Of a stretch of 64,000 nucleotides of DNA, positions 8,259 through 17,197 are shown one piece after another (position 1 is the stretch's first letter; each line of letters opens with the position of its first letter). The notes beneath the pieces are model-generated. The model saw only the letters and a program-made list of their open reading frames with translations. It was not told the origin of the DNA and made no database searches. This DNA comes from Candidatus Saccharimonadota bacterium (GTDB taxonomy: Bacteria > Patescibacteriota > Saccharimonadia > Saccharimonadales > Saccharimonadaceae). The stretch spans positions 276 to 64,275 of the forward strand of contig JAFRLA010000030.1 of NCBI GenBank assembly GCA_017431465.1. The letters are read 5' to 3'. A program made the position numbers and the translations under genes.

Positions 8259-9628
8259 TGACGGCTGCTAAAAGATCGACTTCGAATTTCGTTTGCCAAA
8301 ATTGCGGGGCGACTTATGCGAAGTGGCTCGGCAAATGCGAGAACTGCGGCGAATGGAATTCCCTAGTCGAGCAAGTCGTAAATGAGGCGGAACTTAATTC
8401 TGCGAAGTCAGCCATTGCGCGAGGCGCAGTCTCCGGCAAGAAGCTGAGCGCTTCGTCAATTCGTGAGATTACTCCGCCGGACGATAAAACTCGATTGAAG
8501 ACCGAGTTCAAAGATCTAAATACGGTACTCGGCGGCGGAATTTTAGAGGGGTCTGTCTCGTTACTTTCTGGTCAACCTGGCATTGGAAAATCAACATTAC
8601 TCATGCAGATTTGTGCGGAAATTTCTAAATCCAAACCAGTTCTTTATGTTTCTGGCGAGGAGTCCGCAGGGCAGGTAAAACTGCGCGCGAAAAGACTTGG
8701 AGCAGATTCTGACAAGTTATTTTTTGCAAGCTCGACTTCCGGGAATGACATTGCTAAAACGATTGAAACAGGGGAATACGCGTTAGTAATAGTCGATTCA
8801 ATTCAAACCTTGACGCTCGCAGAAATTTCCTCTGCGCCGGGGACAGTCTCGCAGGTTAATAATTGCGGGAATTTAATTATTCGCGCCGCAAAAGCGACCG
8901 GCACGGCCGTAGTAATTGTTGGGCATGTGACGAAAGACGGCTCGCTCGCTGGTCCGAAAGTTCTAGAACATTTAGTTGATGTGGTTTTGAATTTTGAAGG
9001 CGATCGTTATGGCGGATTTAAAACCGTTCGTGCAGTGAAAAATCGTTTTGGCAGTACATCCGAGGTTGCGATTTTCGAAATGAATGACAAGGGCCTAGCT
9101 GAAGTTCAGAATCCATCAGCTGCTTTGCTGGCTGAACGCCAGAATACGGACGGTTCAATTATCCTTGCGACTCTAGAAGGCACGCGTCCAATTTTAGTAG
9201 AAATCCAGGCGCTCGTTACAAAATCCAATTTTGGCTACCCAAAACGCACGGCTTCCGGATTTGATATTAATCGCCTGAACCTTCTGATCGCCGTAATCGA
9301 GCGGCGCACTAAATTAAAACTTGATGACAAAGACATTTTCGTGAATGTTGTTGGTGGAATGAAGCTGCAGGATTCTGCCGCGGATCTTGCGGTCTGTATG
9401 GCGATCGCTTCGGCTGCTGCTGGCAGAAAACTGTCGGAAGACTATGTCGTGTTTGGCGAGGTCGGGCTTGGTGGCGAAATTCGCTCGGCTTTCCGCCCAG
9501 ATCAAAGAATCGCCGAGGCGAAAAAACTTGGGTTTAAACATGCGCTAGCGCCAAGCACGACTAAAGATCCTTTCGTTACCCCGGCAAAAGATTTGCGCAC
9601 AACTTTGATTAAATACGTAAATAAATAG
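8258..9628 (+). CDS. radA: DNA repair protein RadA/Sms
   Basis: Zinc finger CQNCG..CENCGEWNS, Walker A GQPGIGKST, KNRFG and a Lon-like C-terminal domain. The start overlaps the clpP stop (TAATG). Confidence 0.95.
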   Translation: MTAAKRSTSNFVCQNCGATYAKWLGKCENCGEWNSLVEQVVNEAELNSAKSAIARGAVSGKKLSASSIREITPPDDKTRLKTEFKDLNTVLGGGILEGSVSLLSGQPGIGKSTLLMQICAEISKSKPVLYVSGEESAGQVKLRAKRLGADSDKLFFASSTSGNDIAKTIETGEYALVIVDSIQTLTLAEISSAPGTVSQVNNCGNLIIRAAKATGTAVVIVGHVTKDGSLAGPKVLEHLVDVVLNFEGDRYGGFKTVRAVKNRFGSTSEVAIFEMNDKGLAEVQNPSAALLAERQNTDGSIILATLEGTRPILVEIQALVTKSNFGYPKRTASGFDINRLNLLIAVIERRTKLKLDDKDIFVNVVGGMKLQDSAADLAVCMAIASAAAGRKLSEDYVVFGEVGLGGEIRSAFRPDQRIAEAKKLGFKHALAPSTTKDPFVTPAKDLRTTLIKYVNK

Positions 9629-9652
9629 TATAATATAACAAAGGAGGAAATT

Positions 9653-10198
9653 ATGGCGACTGATTTTAATAATTCGCAAACTAAGAAAAACTTAGAGGCT
9701 GCGTTTACTGGCGAATCCCAAGCACATACTAAATATTTATACTATGCTTCAAGGGCTAAAAAAGATGGCTATGAACAAATTGCAGACATCTTTACTGAAA
9801 CTGCCCTGAACTAAAAAGAGCATGCAAAAATTTGGTTCAAAATGCTACATGACGGATCCGTTCCAGACACTCGCGTAAATTTAAACGACGCAATCGCTGG
9901 CGAAGAATACGAATGGACCGATATGTATAAAAAGTTCGCCGAGGAAGCTCGTGCTGAAGGGTTTGAAGAAATTGCCCAAAAATTTGAAAGTGTCGGCGCG
10001 ATCGAAAAAGAACACGAAGAACGCTACCGCAAATTATTGAAAAATGTTGACGATGACGTTGTCTTTAAGTCAGACCAAGTTACGGTCTGGAAATGTCGCA
10101 ACTGTGGCTATGTCTTTGTCGGCGACGAAGCTCCAGAAGTCTGCCCGGTCTGCGACCACCCTCGCGCCTACTTTGAAATCCGTGCCGAGAATTATTAA
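9653..10198 (+). pseudogene. rbr: rubrerythrin interrupted by an in-frame TAA (codon 54)
   Basis: AGGAGG lies before the ATG at 9653. The N-terminal part reads AFTGESQAHTKYLYYASRAKKDGYEQIADIFTETALN[12 protein letters not shown]. The same frame continues to the rubredoxin-like CRNCG...CPVCDHP end, and the TAA sits at 9812-9814. Confidence 0.8.
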
Positions 10199-10209
10199 AG
10201 TAACAATCT

Positions 10210-10788
10210 TTATTGTTTTAGCGCTTCGCGAACGCGCTCTTCTACGGAGAGATTTTTATCGACGTTCGCAAGCGCGGCTGTGGCTTCTTTTAGCGGGAAG
10301 CCAAGCGAAATTAGAGCTTCTAGCGCCTCGTCTTTTTCATTATCGTCAACACTTGTTGGTTGGCTTTCGGTTCGCCCGTATCTAGAAGGTATTCCGACTT
10401 TATCTTTCAAATCAACAATTACGCGTTCGGCCGATTTTTTACCAACTCCAGTCGCTCTAGCGATAAAGCCAGAGTCTGCGTTAGCAATAGCATTCCGGAC
10501 TTCTTCTGCTGGAGCCAAAGACAAGATTGCTATCGCGGCCTTCGGGCCAATTCCTTGCACCGAAATTAAGAGCTCAAAAATCTTTTTCGCGGCTAGCGAA
10601 GAAAACCCGTAAAGTTCCTCTGAATTTTCACGCACCGCATGATAAGTATAGAACTTAGTTTTATCGCCAAGGTTAACCGACTCAAAGTCGATCGAAGACA
10701 GGGCAATTTCGTATCCAACGCCATTCACGTCGACAATCACTGAATTAGCAAATTTTTCGGCAATTTCGCCTCGAATGTGTGCAATCAT
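10210..10788 (-). CDS. ruvA: Holliday junction helicase subunit RuvA
   Basis: Motifs MIAHIRGEI, VDVNGVGYEI and VQGIGPKAA (HhH). Confidence 0.9.
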   Translation of the reverse strand: MIAHIRGEIAEKFANSVIVDVNGVGYEIALSSIDFESVNLGDKTKFYTYHAVRENSEELYGFSSLAAKKIFELLISVQGIGPKAAIAILSLAPAEEVRNAIANADSGFIARATGVGKKSAERVIVDLKDKVGIPSRYGRTESQPTSVDDNEKDEALEALISLGFPLKEATAALANVDKNLSVEERVREALKQ

Positions 10789-10837
10789 AATATAATTATA
10801 TCATTTTTTAGCTAAGCCTGCGTGCTATAATAATTGT

Positions 10838-11332
10838 ATGAGGATTTTAGGCATTGACCCCGGTACTGGCATCTGCGGTTTTGGTGTAATTGAAATTAGC
10901 AATGATAATCGACCAAAAATGTTAGACAACGGCGTGATTACCACGCCCGCCCATACTCCTTTGCCGGAGCGGCTTGAAGACATCTATAATTCAATGCACG
11001 AAATTATCAAATTAAACAAACCCGATGTCGTTTCGATTGAAAAACTATTTTTTACCAAGAATATCACAACCGGCATCTCCGTTGCTGAGGCTCGAGGGAT
11101 TTGTTTGCTCGTTGCGAAACAAAACGGCCTGCCAATTTTCGAGTATACACCTAATGAGATTAAGAAAACCATGACTGGCTACGGTAATGCTGACAAAAAA
11201 CAAATGCAGGAAATGGTAAAAATTCGTCTAGGACTTAAGAGCGTGCCGAAGCCCGACGATGCCGCCGATGCGCTTGCTGCGGCGCTAACCCACCTATACG
11301 TCTCTAAAACTCTTGCAAAAGTTACCGACTAA
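10838..11332 (+). CDS. ruvC: crossover junction endodeoxyribonuclease RuvC
   Basis: MRILGIDPGT..., a DAADALA motif, and TATAAT at 10826-10831 six nt before the ATG. Confidence 0.9.
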   Translation: MRILGIDPGTGICGFGVIEISNDNRPKMLDNGVITTPAHTPLPERLEDIYNSMHEIIKLNKPDVVSIEKLFFTKNITTGISVAEARGICLLVAKQNGLPIFEYTPNEIKKTMTGYGNADKKQMQEMVKIRLGLKSVPKPDDAADALAAALTHLYVSKTLAKVTD

Positions 11333-11787
11333 TAGCGCGGATACCCGCGGTAGATCAAAATATCTACATATGCCGAAACGATACCGACAATCACTACCCA
11401 GCCCTCGTAATTGGCGATTATTCCAGCGATTTGGTCGGAAAGGGAATCAAACGGGAAAAATCTAGCGAGCACCGGCGATAATAGCGCGGTTAAAACTAAC
11501 GCAAATACCGCTGCGTCGATAATATGGAAGATCCCGCCGAGTCCGCCGCGTGGCGAGCGTAAGTATAACAGAAGAGGAAAAAGCGCCACCAACGCGACGA
11601 AAACTCCAGTTTCGATTAGCTCTAGCGATACGACTGAAGTCAGACTAGAAAGCCAATTCGCGAACTCTTTCCCGCACAATTCATAAACCGATAACCCGGC
11701 TATAACTGCGAGATGAGCCGGCCCGCCATGCTTCTTCGTTAAGAAAAATAGGGCGAACAATGCGGCAAGAGTAAGCAAGATTACCAT
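11329..11787 (-). CDS. hypothetical polytopic membrane protein
   Basis: Hydrophobic ORF. The start is set at the second ATG (11787), which lies 6 nt downstream of a minus-strand TATAAT (11794-11799). Confidence 0.55.
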   Translation of the reverse strand: MVILLTLAALFALFFLTKKHGGPAHLAVIAGLSVYELCGKEFANWLSSLTSVVSLELIETGVFVALVALFPLLLYLRSPRGGLGGIFHIIDAAVFALVLTALLSPVLARFFPFDSLSDQIAGIIANYEGWVVIVGIVSAYVDILIYRGYPRY

Positions 11788-11825
11788 AAGCATATTATAA
11801 CATAAAATTATGCTATAATAAATAT

Positions 11826-12860
11826 ATGGGAATTGAACGAGTTATAGAACCGACTACACCCGACGAAGATGGATCGAAATCCGAAGAGGAGATTTTTGAG
11901 CAGACCTTGCGGCCACTAACTTTCAATGACTATATCGGCCAAGACCGGATGAAAAATAATTTAAAATTAGCGATTGATGCGGTAAAAAAACGTCAGAAAA
12001 CAACTGGTAAAAAAATTGCCCAAACTACGCTTGACCATATCCTATTGTACGGTCCGCCGGGGCTAGGAAAGACCACGATGGCAAATGTTATTGCGCATGA
12101 ATTAGGAGCGAATATTAAAGTTACTTCTGGCCCAGCAATCGAACGAGCCGGTGACCTAGCGAGCATCTTGACAAATCTCCAGGAAGGTGATGTGCTATTT
12201 ATTGACGAGATCCATCGTTTGCGCCGTGCAGTCGAAGAGGTTCTGTACTCTGCAATGGAAGATTTTAAACTAGATATTGTTATCGGCAAGGGCCCGGCAG
12301 CTTCGTCAGTCAGGTTAGATTTGCCGAAATTTACAGTTATTGGGGCGACGACCAGAACTGGCTCACTTGCAGGGCCTTTAAGGGATCGTTTTGGAATTTT
12401 GCACCGCCTAGAATATTATAAGACCGAGGATATTGAAAAAATTATCGCTAGAACGGCGAAATTGCTAGACACAAAGATTGAGCCAGAGGCAGTAAAATTA
12501 TTAGCCACACGCTCAAGAAGAACTCCGCGTATCGCAAACCGCCTCGTAAAGCGAGTGAGAGACTACGCTGATGTGAACGGCGATGGCATTATTGATACTG
12601 AAATTGCCAAGAAGTCGCTAGAGTTAATGGAAATTGACGAGCTAGGGCTCGATCCCGCAGATCGGAATATGCTAAATCTGATGCTAGAAAATTATGAAGA
12701 TCGACCAGTTGGCCTAGCGACCATCGCCGCCTTAACAGGGGACGAGGCCTCAACAATCGAAGATTATTACGAGCCGTATCTTCTACAACTTGGCTTGATC
12801 GAGCGTACTCCGCGCGGCCGAAAAGTGACTAAAAAAGCTGAGAAACATTTAAAACACTAG
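11826..12860 (+). CDS. ruvB: Holliday junction helicase RuvB
   Basis: Motifs GPPGLGKTT and FIDEIHRL, plus a RuvB C-terminal winged helix. TATAAT at 11814-11819 lies 6 nt before the ATG. Confidence 0.95.
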   Translation: MGIERVIEPTTPDEDGSKSEEEIFEQTLRPLTFNDYIGQDRMKNNLKLAIDAVKKRQKTTGKKIAQTTLDHILLYGPPGLGKTTMANVIAHELGANIKVTSGPAIERAGDLASILTNLQEGDVLFIDEIHRLRRAVEEVLYSAMEDFKLDIVIGKGPAASSVRLDLPKFTVIGATTRTGSLAGPLRDRFGILHRLEYYKTEDIEKIIARTAKLLDTKIEPEAVKLLATRSRRTPRIANRLVKRVRDYADVNGDGIIDTEIAKKSLELMEIDELGLDPADRNMLNLMLENYEDRPVGLATIAALTGDEASTIEDYYEPYLLQLGLIERTPRGRKVTKKAEKHLKH

Positions 12861-12915
12861 CATTTTTATTTTGACGACTTTTGTGCTATAATCAAGAAAA
12901 GTAGGAGTTTAGGCT

Positions 12916-13503
12916 ATGAAAGAAGACCTAGTTAAACTACATCACGCCCGCAGTCAGAAAGACTTTCCAGGGCTGAATCTTGAGGATGGAGAATATGTTG
13001 AGCTAGTAATTCATCGTGCCCCGATCGGCGTAACTGCGATTTGGGTTTTAGCTTTTGCGGTTATTCTCGTCTTAACAGTCTCGCTGGGGTTACTTTTGAC
13101 GGACAATAATGCCGCTGCGACTTTGAATATTAACCAGGCGGCTGTTTCGTACCTCTACTTTATCATCTTTATTCTTTACGGTATTACCGCTGTCGCCGCC
13201 TTTGTCGCGACTCGCGTTTATCGTAGCAACCGCCTCGTCGTCTCGAATAATCGCTTGTTTCATTATCAAAGTCTCTCGCTCTTTTCGCGTTCGACTAATG
13301 TTATCGACCTCTCTTCGATCGAAGATGTTAGCTATCGCCAAACCGGCTTAGTCGATCATCTCCTCCATATGGGCACGATTCGCCTTTCTACCGTCGGCGA
13401 TGAGACTACTTATACTTTTAAATATGCGGCGATTCCGAAAGCAAACCTAGACGAGATCACGCATCTTGTCCACGTTGCTAAAAAAGACAAGAAATCTACT
13501 TAA
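12916..13503 (+). CDS. membrane protein with a bacterial PH-like (YdbS/YdbT-type) topology
   Basis: It has two TM helices followed by a soluble domain, and an SD (taggag) upstream. The family call is tentative. Confidence 0.5.
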   Translation: MKEDLVKLHHARSQKDFPGLNLEDGEYVELVIHRAPIGVTAIWVLAFAVILVLTVSLGLLLTDNNAAATLNINQAAVSYLYFIIFILYGITAVAAFVATRVYRSNRLVVSNNRLFHYQSLSLFSRSTNVIDLSSIEDVSYRQTGLVDHLLHMGTIRLSTVGDETTYTFKYAAIPKANLDEITHLVHVAKKDKKST

Positions 13504-13510
13504 TCGGATT

Positions 13511-13543
13511 AAAAAATAACGCCCGAAAAGGGCGTTATTTTTT
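13511..13543. terminator. bidirectional rho-independent terminator
   Basis: aaaaaataacgccc-gaaaa-gggcgttatttttt lies between convergent genes. Confidence 0.7.
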
Positions 13544-13547
13544 AACT

Positions 13548-13943
13548 CTAACTGCTGCGATTCTTCTTGATGTAATCTTCTTCTTTTTCTAGCACTGCGC
13601 GCAAGGTGTATTCACGACATTTTCCATCTTCGCAGTTTGCTGGCTGGTATGAGTAAGAACTCCCGTCCTCGCCCAAGTTTATCCCGGAAGGGTCGGTAAA
13701 CAGCGCCGGGTCCATCGTCGTTAGGTTATCTTCGGAAATCTCTTCCGGATAGTAACCATTTTTCGTGAAGAATCCTTCCTCAAGCGAATAGTACATGGCA
13801 TTTATCGCAGTTTTGCGTTGGTCGTCTCGGCTCATCGCATCGATGTTCATTTTCTGAACAAAGAACAACACAACCGCAAGCGATACAAACAAAATCACGA
13901 TTACGAGTTCAAGTACTGTGAAACCAGATTTACTTTTCCGCAT
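13548..13943 (-). CDS. type IV pilin / pseudopilin-like protein
   Basis: Class III signal MRKSKSG|FTVLELVIVILFV, with Gly at -1, Phe at +1 and Glu at +5. A Cys pair (CEDGKC) lies near the C-terminus. Confidence 0.8.
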   Translation of the reverse strand: MRKSKSGFTVLELVIVILFVSLAVVLFFVQKMNIDAMSRDDQRKTAINAMYYSLEEGFFTKNGYYPEEISEDNLTTMDPALFTDPSGINLGEDGSSYSYQPANCEDGKCREYTLRAVLEKEEDYIKKNRSS

Positions 13944-13952
13944 ACCCGATCC

Positions 13953-14450
13953 TTAACGCTTTGTGCAGGTATAAGTAACGTCGTCAGAACTCAAAGTGAC
14001 AGTCGCCTCTTTTAGTTCGCTATCAACGGAAACATTGAAATCTTTGATTTCAAAATCGTCGAAATCAATAACTTCATTGTCGATATTGTAGCCATTCGTG
14101 CCAATGCCAATAGTCGTAATCTCGCCATCACTAGTCATACAAGACCAGTCGCCAAGCATACCGCTAAAAACAATTTTCAGCACGGTACCAACTACGAAAA
14201 CCAGGATCGCGGTCATAAAAATCGAAATTGCAGAGCCAACGATGGTTAAGACTAGACCACTAGATCTCTCACCACCCTTCGCCTTATAAATAATGGCTAG
14301 AATTAGCCCAATAATACCGAGAAAAAGTCCTAGCGGGGCGCTTATAAAAATTGCCGCGAAGACAATTGACAGAATTCCAAGTACTTTGCCCGCCGTGTTT
14401 AAGCCGTGCGAAGCTTCTTTCGTTTTTGCTACTTTTTTCTCGTTTGCCAT
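13953..14450 (-). CDS. hypothetical membrane protein, co-transcribed with the pilin gene
   Basis: It has three predicted TM segments and a C-terminal soluble domain. A GGAGG SD lies upstream, and the gap to the pilin gene is 9 nt. Confidence 0.6.
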   Translation of the reverse strand: MANEKKVAKTKEASHGLNTAGKVLGILSIVFAAIFISAPLGLFLGIIGLILAIIYKAKGGERSSGLVLTIVGSAISIFMTAILVFVVGTVLKIVFSGMLGDWSCMTSDGEITTIGIGTNGYNIDNEVIDFDDFEIKDFNVSVDSELKEATVTLSSDDVTYTCTKR

Positions 14451-14470
14451 ATTTCCTCCTTAAAATTATA

Positions 14471-14547
14471 TGGTAGCACAGACTGGGATCGAACCAGTGA
14501 CCTTAGGCTTATGAGTCCTACGCTCTAACCAACTGAGCTACTGTGCC
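14471..14547 (-). tRNA. tRNA with anticodon CAU (elongator Met or lysidine-Ile)
   Basis: Cloverleaf GGCACAG...CTGTGCT-A-CCA with anticodon loop CTCATAA. There is no initiator-type GGG/CCC anticodon stem. Confidence 0.85.
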
Positions 14548-14581
14548 AAGTGAGGGGATACTCCCATTATACCATATAAAA

Positions 14582-14667
14582 TGGCGGAAAGGACAGGATT
14601 CGAACCTGCGGATGTTTCCATCTCTGGTTTTCAAGACCAGTGCCTTCAACCACTCGGCCACCTTTCC
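14582..14667 (-). tRNA. tRNA-Ser (UGA)
   Basis: Class II tRNA with a long variable arm, anticodon stem CTGGT/ACCAG, loop CTTGAAA and an encoded CCA. Confidence 0.9.
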
Positions 14668-14751
14668 AGGGACAATTATACCACGACTTGACAAAATTAC
14701 CAAGATATGATACAATAAGAATAACCCCGCGAAATCGGGCCAGTCTTTTCG

Positions 14752-15456
14752 TTATTCAAGATTAGTATGAACAGCGGTCACGTCATCGAGATCGTCAACT
14801 GCTTCAAGCAATTTTTCGGCTTTTTCCAGATCTTCGCCATCTAGCTCAATGCGTGCACCAGAGGGTAGATATTTCAATTCCGCCGAAGTCACGGTCAAGC
14901 CCCCATCAACCAATGCTTGGCGAACTTTCATTAGATCCGAAGGTGCAGTAATAATTTCGATTCCATCCTCTTCCTCAGAAGCATCTTCCGCACCCGCGTC
15001 GAGCGCCGCCATCAAAGCATCCTCACCCTTATCAGAAATAAAGATTACGCCTTTTCTTTCAAACTGAAACATCACAGAACCCGGGTCGGCCATGCGTCCG
15101 CCATTTTTCTGCAGAGTATTGCGCACGTCCGGCATTGTGCGATTTTTGTTGTCAGTGGCAACCTCGATAATCACGCCAATTCCGCCAGGGCCATAGGCCT
15201 CGTAAGTTTCCTCAATCAGCGCGGCGCCTTCTTTCGATGCGGCGCGCGCGATTGCTCGCTCGATATTCGCTTTCGGCATGTTCGCGTGCTTGGCTTTTTC
15301 TAGCACCATCGCCAGCGATGGGTTCATCGCTGGATCTGCGCCTGCACGTGCCGCGATAGCGATCTGATTTCCGATCTTTGTAAACAACGCTCCGCGCTTC
15401 GCATCTACGACCGCTTTTTGGCGTTTCGTCGTTTCCCACTTACTATGTCCAGACAT
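14752..15456 (-). CDS. yebC: YebC/PmpR family DNA-binding regulator
   Basis: MSGHSKWETTKRQKAVVDAKRG... is the diagnostic N-terminus. Confidence 0.9.
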   Translation of the reverse strand: MSGHSKWETTKRQKAVVDAKRGALFTKIGNQIAIAARAGADPAMNPSLAMVLEKAKHANMPKANIERAIARAASKEGAALIEETYEAYGPGGIGVIIEVATDNKNRTMPDVRNTLQKNGGRMADPGSVMFQFERKGVIFISDKGEDALMAALDAGAEDASEEEDGIEIITAPSDLMKVRQALVDGGLTVTSAELKYLPSGARIELDGEDLEKAEKLLEAVDDLDDVTAVHTNLE

Positions 15457-15546
15457 TTTTTGCTCCTTAAAAATTAAACTGATAAAACTCTTAATACTAT
15501 TATAACACTTTTCATCCTGTCGGGAAACCCGTGCTATAATATATAT

Positions 15547-16350
15547 ATGGTATTATGGATTGCATTAGTGCTAGGTCTAGTTCAGGGCTTAACTGAATTC
15601 ATCCCGGTATCAAGTTCCGGACATCTCGAAATTTTTGAGCAGCTACTCGGCACTCGTCCAGAAAACTTCCACTTTTTCCTAGAGCTGATTAACATCGGTA
15701 CGCTCCTTGCGCTGATCATTTTCTTCCGGAAACGTATTGCGAAAATCCTAAACGACATCTTCAAAAAACACAACTATAAACTCGCTTTAAACGTCATTAT
15801 CACTTGTATTCCAGCCGGGCTTGCTGGGCTGCTTCTCGGCGATTTTATCGAAGAAAACGGGTTTTTCTCTTCTTTATACACGGTCGCGATCGCGATGGGC
15901 GCGGTCGGCATTTTAATGGTTTTATCAGACAAATTGCCGCATTTCTCAAAACTTAAGAATGAAGATTCCCTAACTAAGCCCCGCGCGCTCGGTATCGGTT
16001 TCGCTCAGGTTTTTGCACTAATTCCAGGCGTCTCACGCTCTGGCTCGACGATCGTTGCGGGTCGGGTTGCTGGGCTAAACTCTGAATCGGCGGCTGAATA
16101 TTCGTTCCTAGTCTCTATCCCGCTCATGACCGCGGTCTGTCTGAAAACACTAATCTCAAGTTCTGCTCGCGAATACCTGCTCGCCAATGCCGGAATGCTG
16201 GCTTTATCAAATTTAGTCGCCTTCGTCGCCGGGCTATTTGCGATAAAATTCGTTCTAAAATACTTGAAACGTCCAGGTTCGCTCAAAACTTTCGGTTGGT
16301 ATCGTATCGTTTTAGCCTCAATTGTTCTAATTTTCGTGCTACTTGCTTAA
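15547..16350 (+). CDS. uppP: undecaprenyl-diphosphate phosphatase
   Basis: Motifs GLTEFIPVSSSGHL and PGVSRSG. TATAAT at 15535-15540 lies 6 nt before the ATG. Confidence 0.9.
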   Translation: MVLWIALVLGLVQGLTEFIPVSSSGHLEIFEQLLGTRPENFHFFLELINIGTLLALIIFFRKRIAKILNDIFKKHNYKLALNVIITCIPAGLAGLLLGDFIEENGFFSSLYTVAIAMGAVGILMVLSDKLPHFSKLKNEDSLTKPRALGIGFAQVFALIPGVSRSGSTIVAGRVAGLNSESAAEYSFLVSIPLMTAVCLKTLISSSAREYLLANAGMLALSNLVAFVAGLFAIKFVLKYLKRPGSLKTFGWYRIVLASIVLIFVLLA

Positions 16351-16418
16351 AACCCTTGTAAAAATCCAAAAAATAGTGTAAAATAATAAGAAGTTATTAG
16401 AAAAAAAGGAATATTTTT

Positions 16419-17138
16419 ATGTCAGAAATCAAATTATCTCTAGACAAGCGTACTCTGACGGGTAAAAAACTCGCTAGTTTGCGCAAGGATGGCTTTATCC
16501 CTTCTGTCGTTTATGGCGGCGAAGGCGAGCCGAAGTTGGCCCAATCGACCTACAACGATACCGAAAAAGTTTTGAAAGCTGCCGGTTATCACTCTACTAT
16601 CGATCTAACCGTCGACGGCAAAACACAGATGGCGATCGTAAAGAATATCGACATCGATCCAGTTTCGCGTCGTATTATTAACGTTGAGTTTCAAGCCGTT
16701 TCTGCCGATAGGGCGATTGAAGCGACTACTCCGATCAAACTTGTTGGCTATGAGAATTCTGAAGCAACAAAACTTCACTATACCTTGTCCCAGGTCATGG
16801 AAGAAATCGAAGTCAAAGCGAAACCGTCCGATCTTCCGAAAGAACTCGAGGTCGACGCTTCGAAGCTTGCGACTACCGACGATAAGATTACTGTCGCTGA
16901 TATTGTTCTGCCGAAGGGTGTCGAACTTGCTGACAAGGAGATGAAGCCGGAGCAGGTTATTGCTACCGTCTACGATCCTGCAGTTGAAGCAGCGCAACGT
17001 GAAGCTGAAGAGAAAGCCGCAGTCGAAGCAGCCGCAGCCGCTGAAGGTGGTGAATCCGCCGAGGGCGAAGCAGCTCCAGCCGCTGAAGGTGGTGAATCCG
17101 CCGGAGGCGAGAAGCCGGCCGAAGAAAAAGCTGAATAA
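16419..17138 (+). CDS. rplY: 50S ribosomal protein L25 (Ctc form) with an Ala/Glu/Gly-rich C-terminal extension
   Basis: It has the GKK..LRK.G.IP.V.YG N-terminus and a long acidic low-complexity tail. Confidence 0.85.
   Translation: MSEIKLSLDKRTLTGKKLASLRKDGFIPSVVYGGEGEPKLAQSTYNDTEKVLKAAGYHSTIDLTVDGKTQMAIVKNIDIDPVSRRIINVEFQAVSADRAIEATTPIKLVGYENSEATKLHYTLSQVMEEIEVKAKPSDLPKELEVDASKLATTDDKITVADIVLPKGVELADKEMKPEQVIATVYDPAVEAAQREAEEKAAVEAAAAAEGGESAEGEAAPAAEGGESAGGEKPAEEKAE
17037..17103 (+). repeat. 25-nt direct repeat at a 42-nt period inside the rplY tail
   Basis: gccgctgaaggtggtgaatccgccg occurs at 17037-17061 and again at 17079-17103, encoding AAEGGESA twice. Confidence 0.9.
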
Positions 17139-17151
17139 AATATTCCAAACG

Positions 17152-17180
17152 AAAAACCCCGCGAAAAAAGCGGGGTTTTT
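17152..17180 (+). terminator. rho-independent terminator
   Basis: aaaaaccccgc-gaaaaaa-gcggggttttt. Confidence 0.7.
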
Positions 17181-17185
17181 CGTGA

Positions 17186-17191
17186 TATAAT
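17186..17191 (+). promoter_or_regulatory. -10 box TATAAT 6 nt upstream of the ATG at 17198 (leaderless-type)
   Basis: gtgaTATAATataaccATG. Confidence 0.55.
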
Positions 17192-17197
17192 ATAACC

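Noticed and set aside
14518-14715. 65-aa ORF overlapping tRNA-Met and tRNA-Ser.
   Set aside because: It is composed of tRNA gene sequence on the same strand and is not a plausible CDS.
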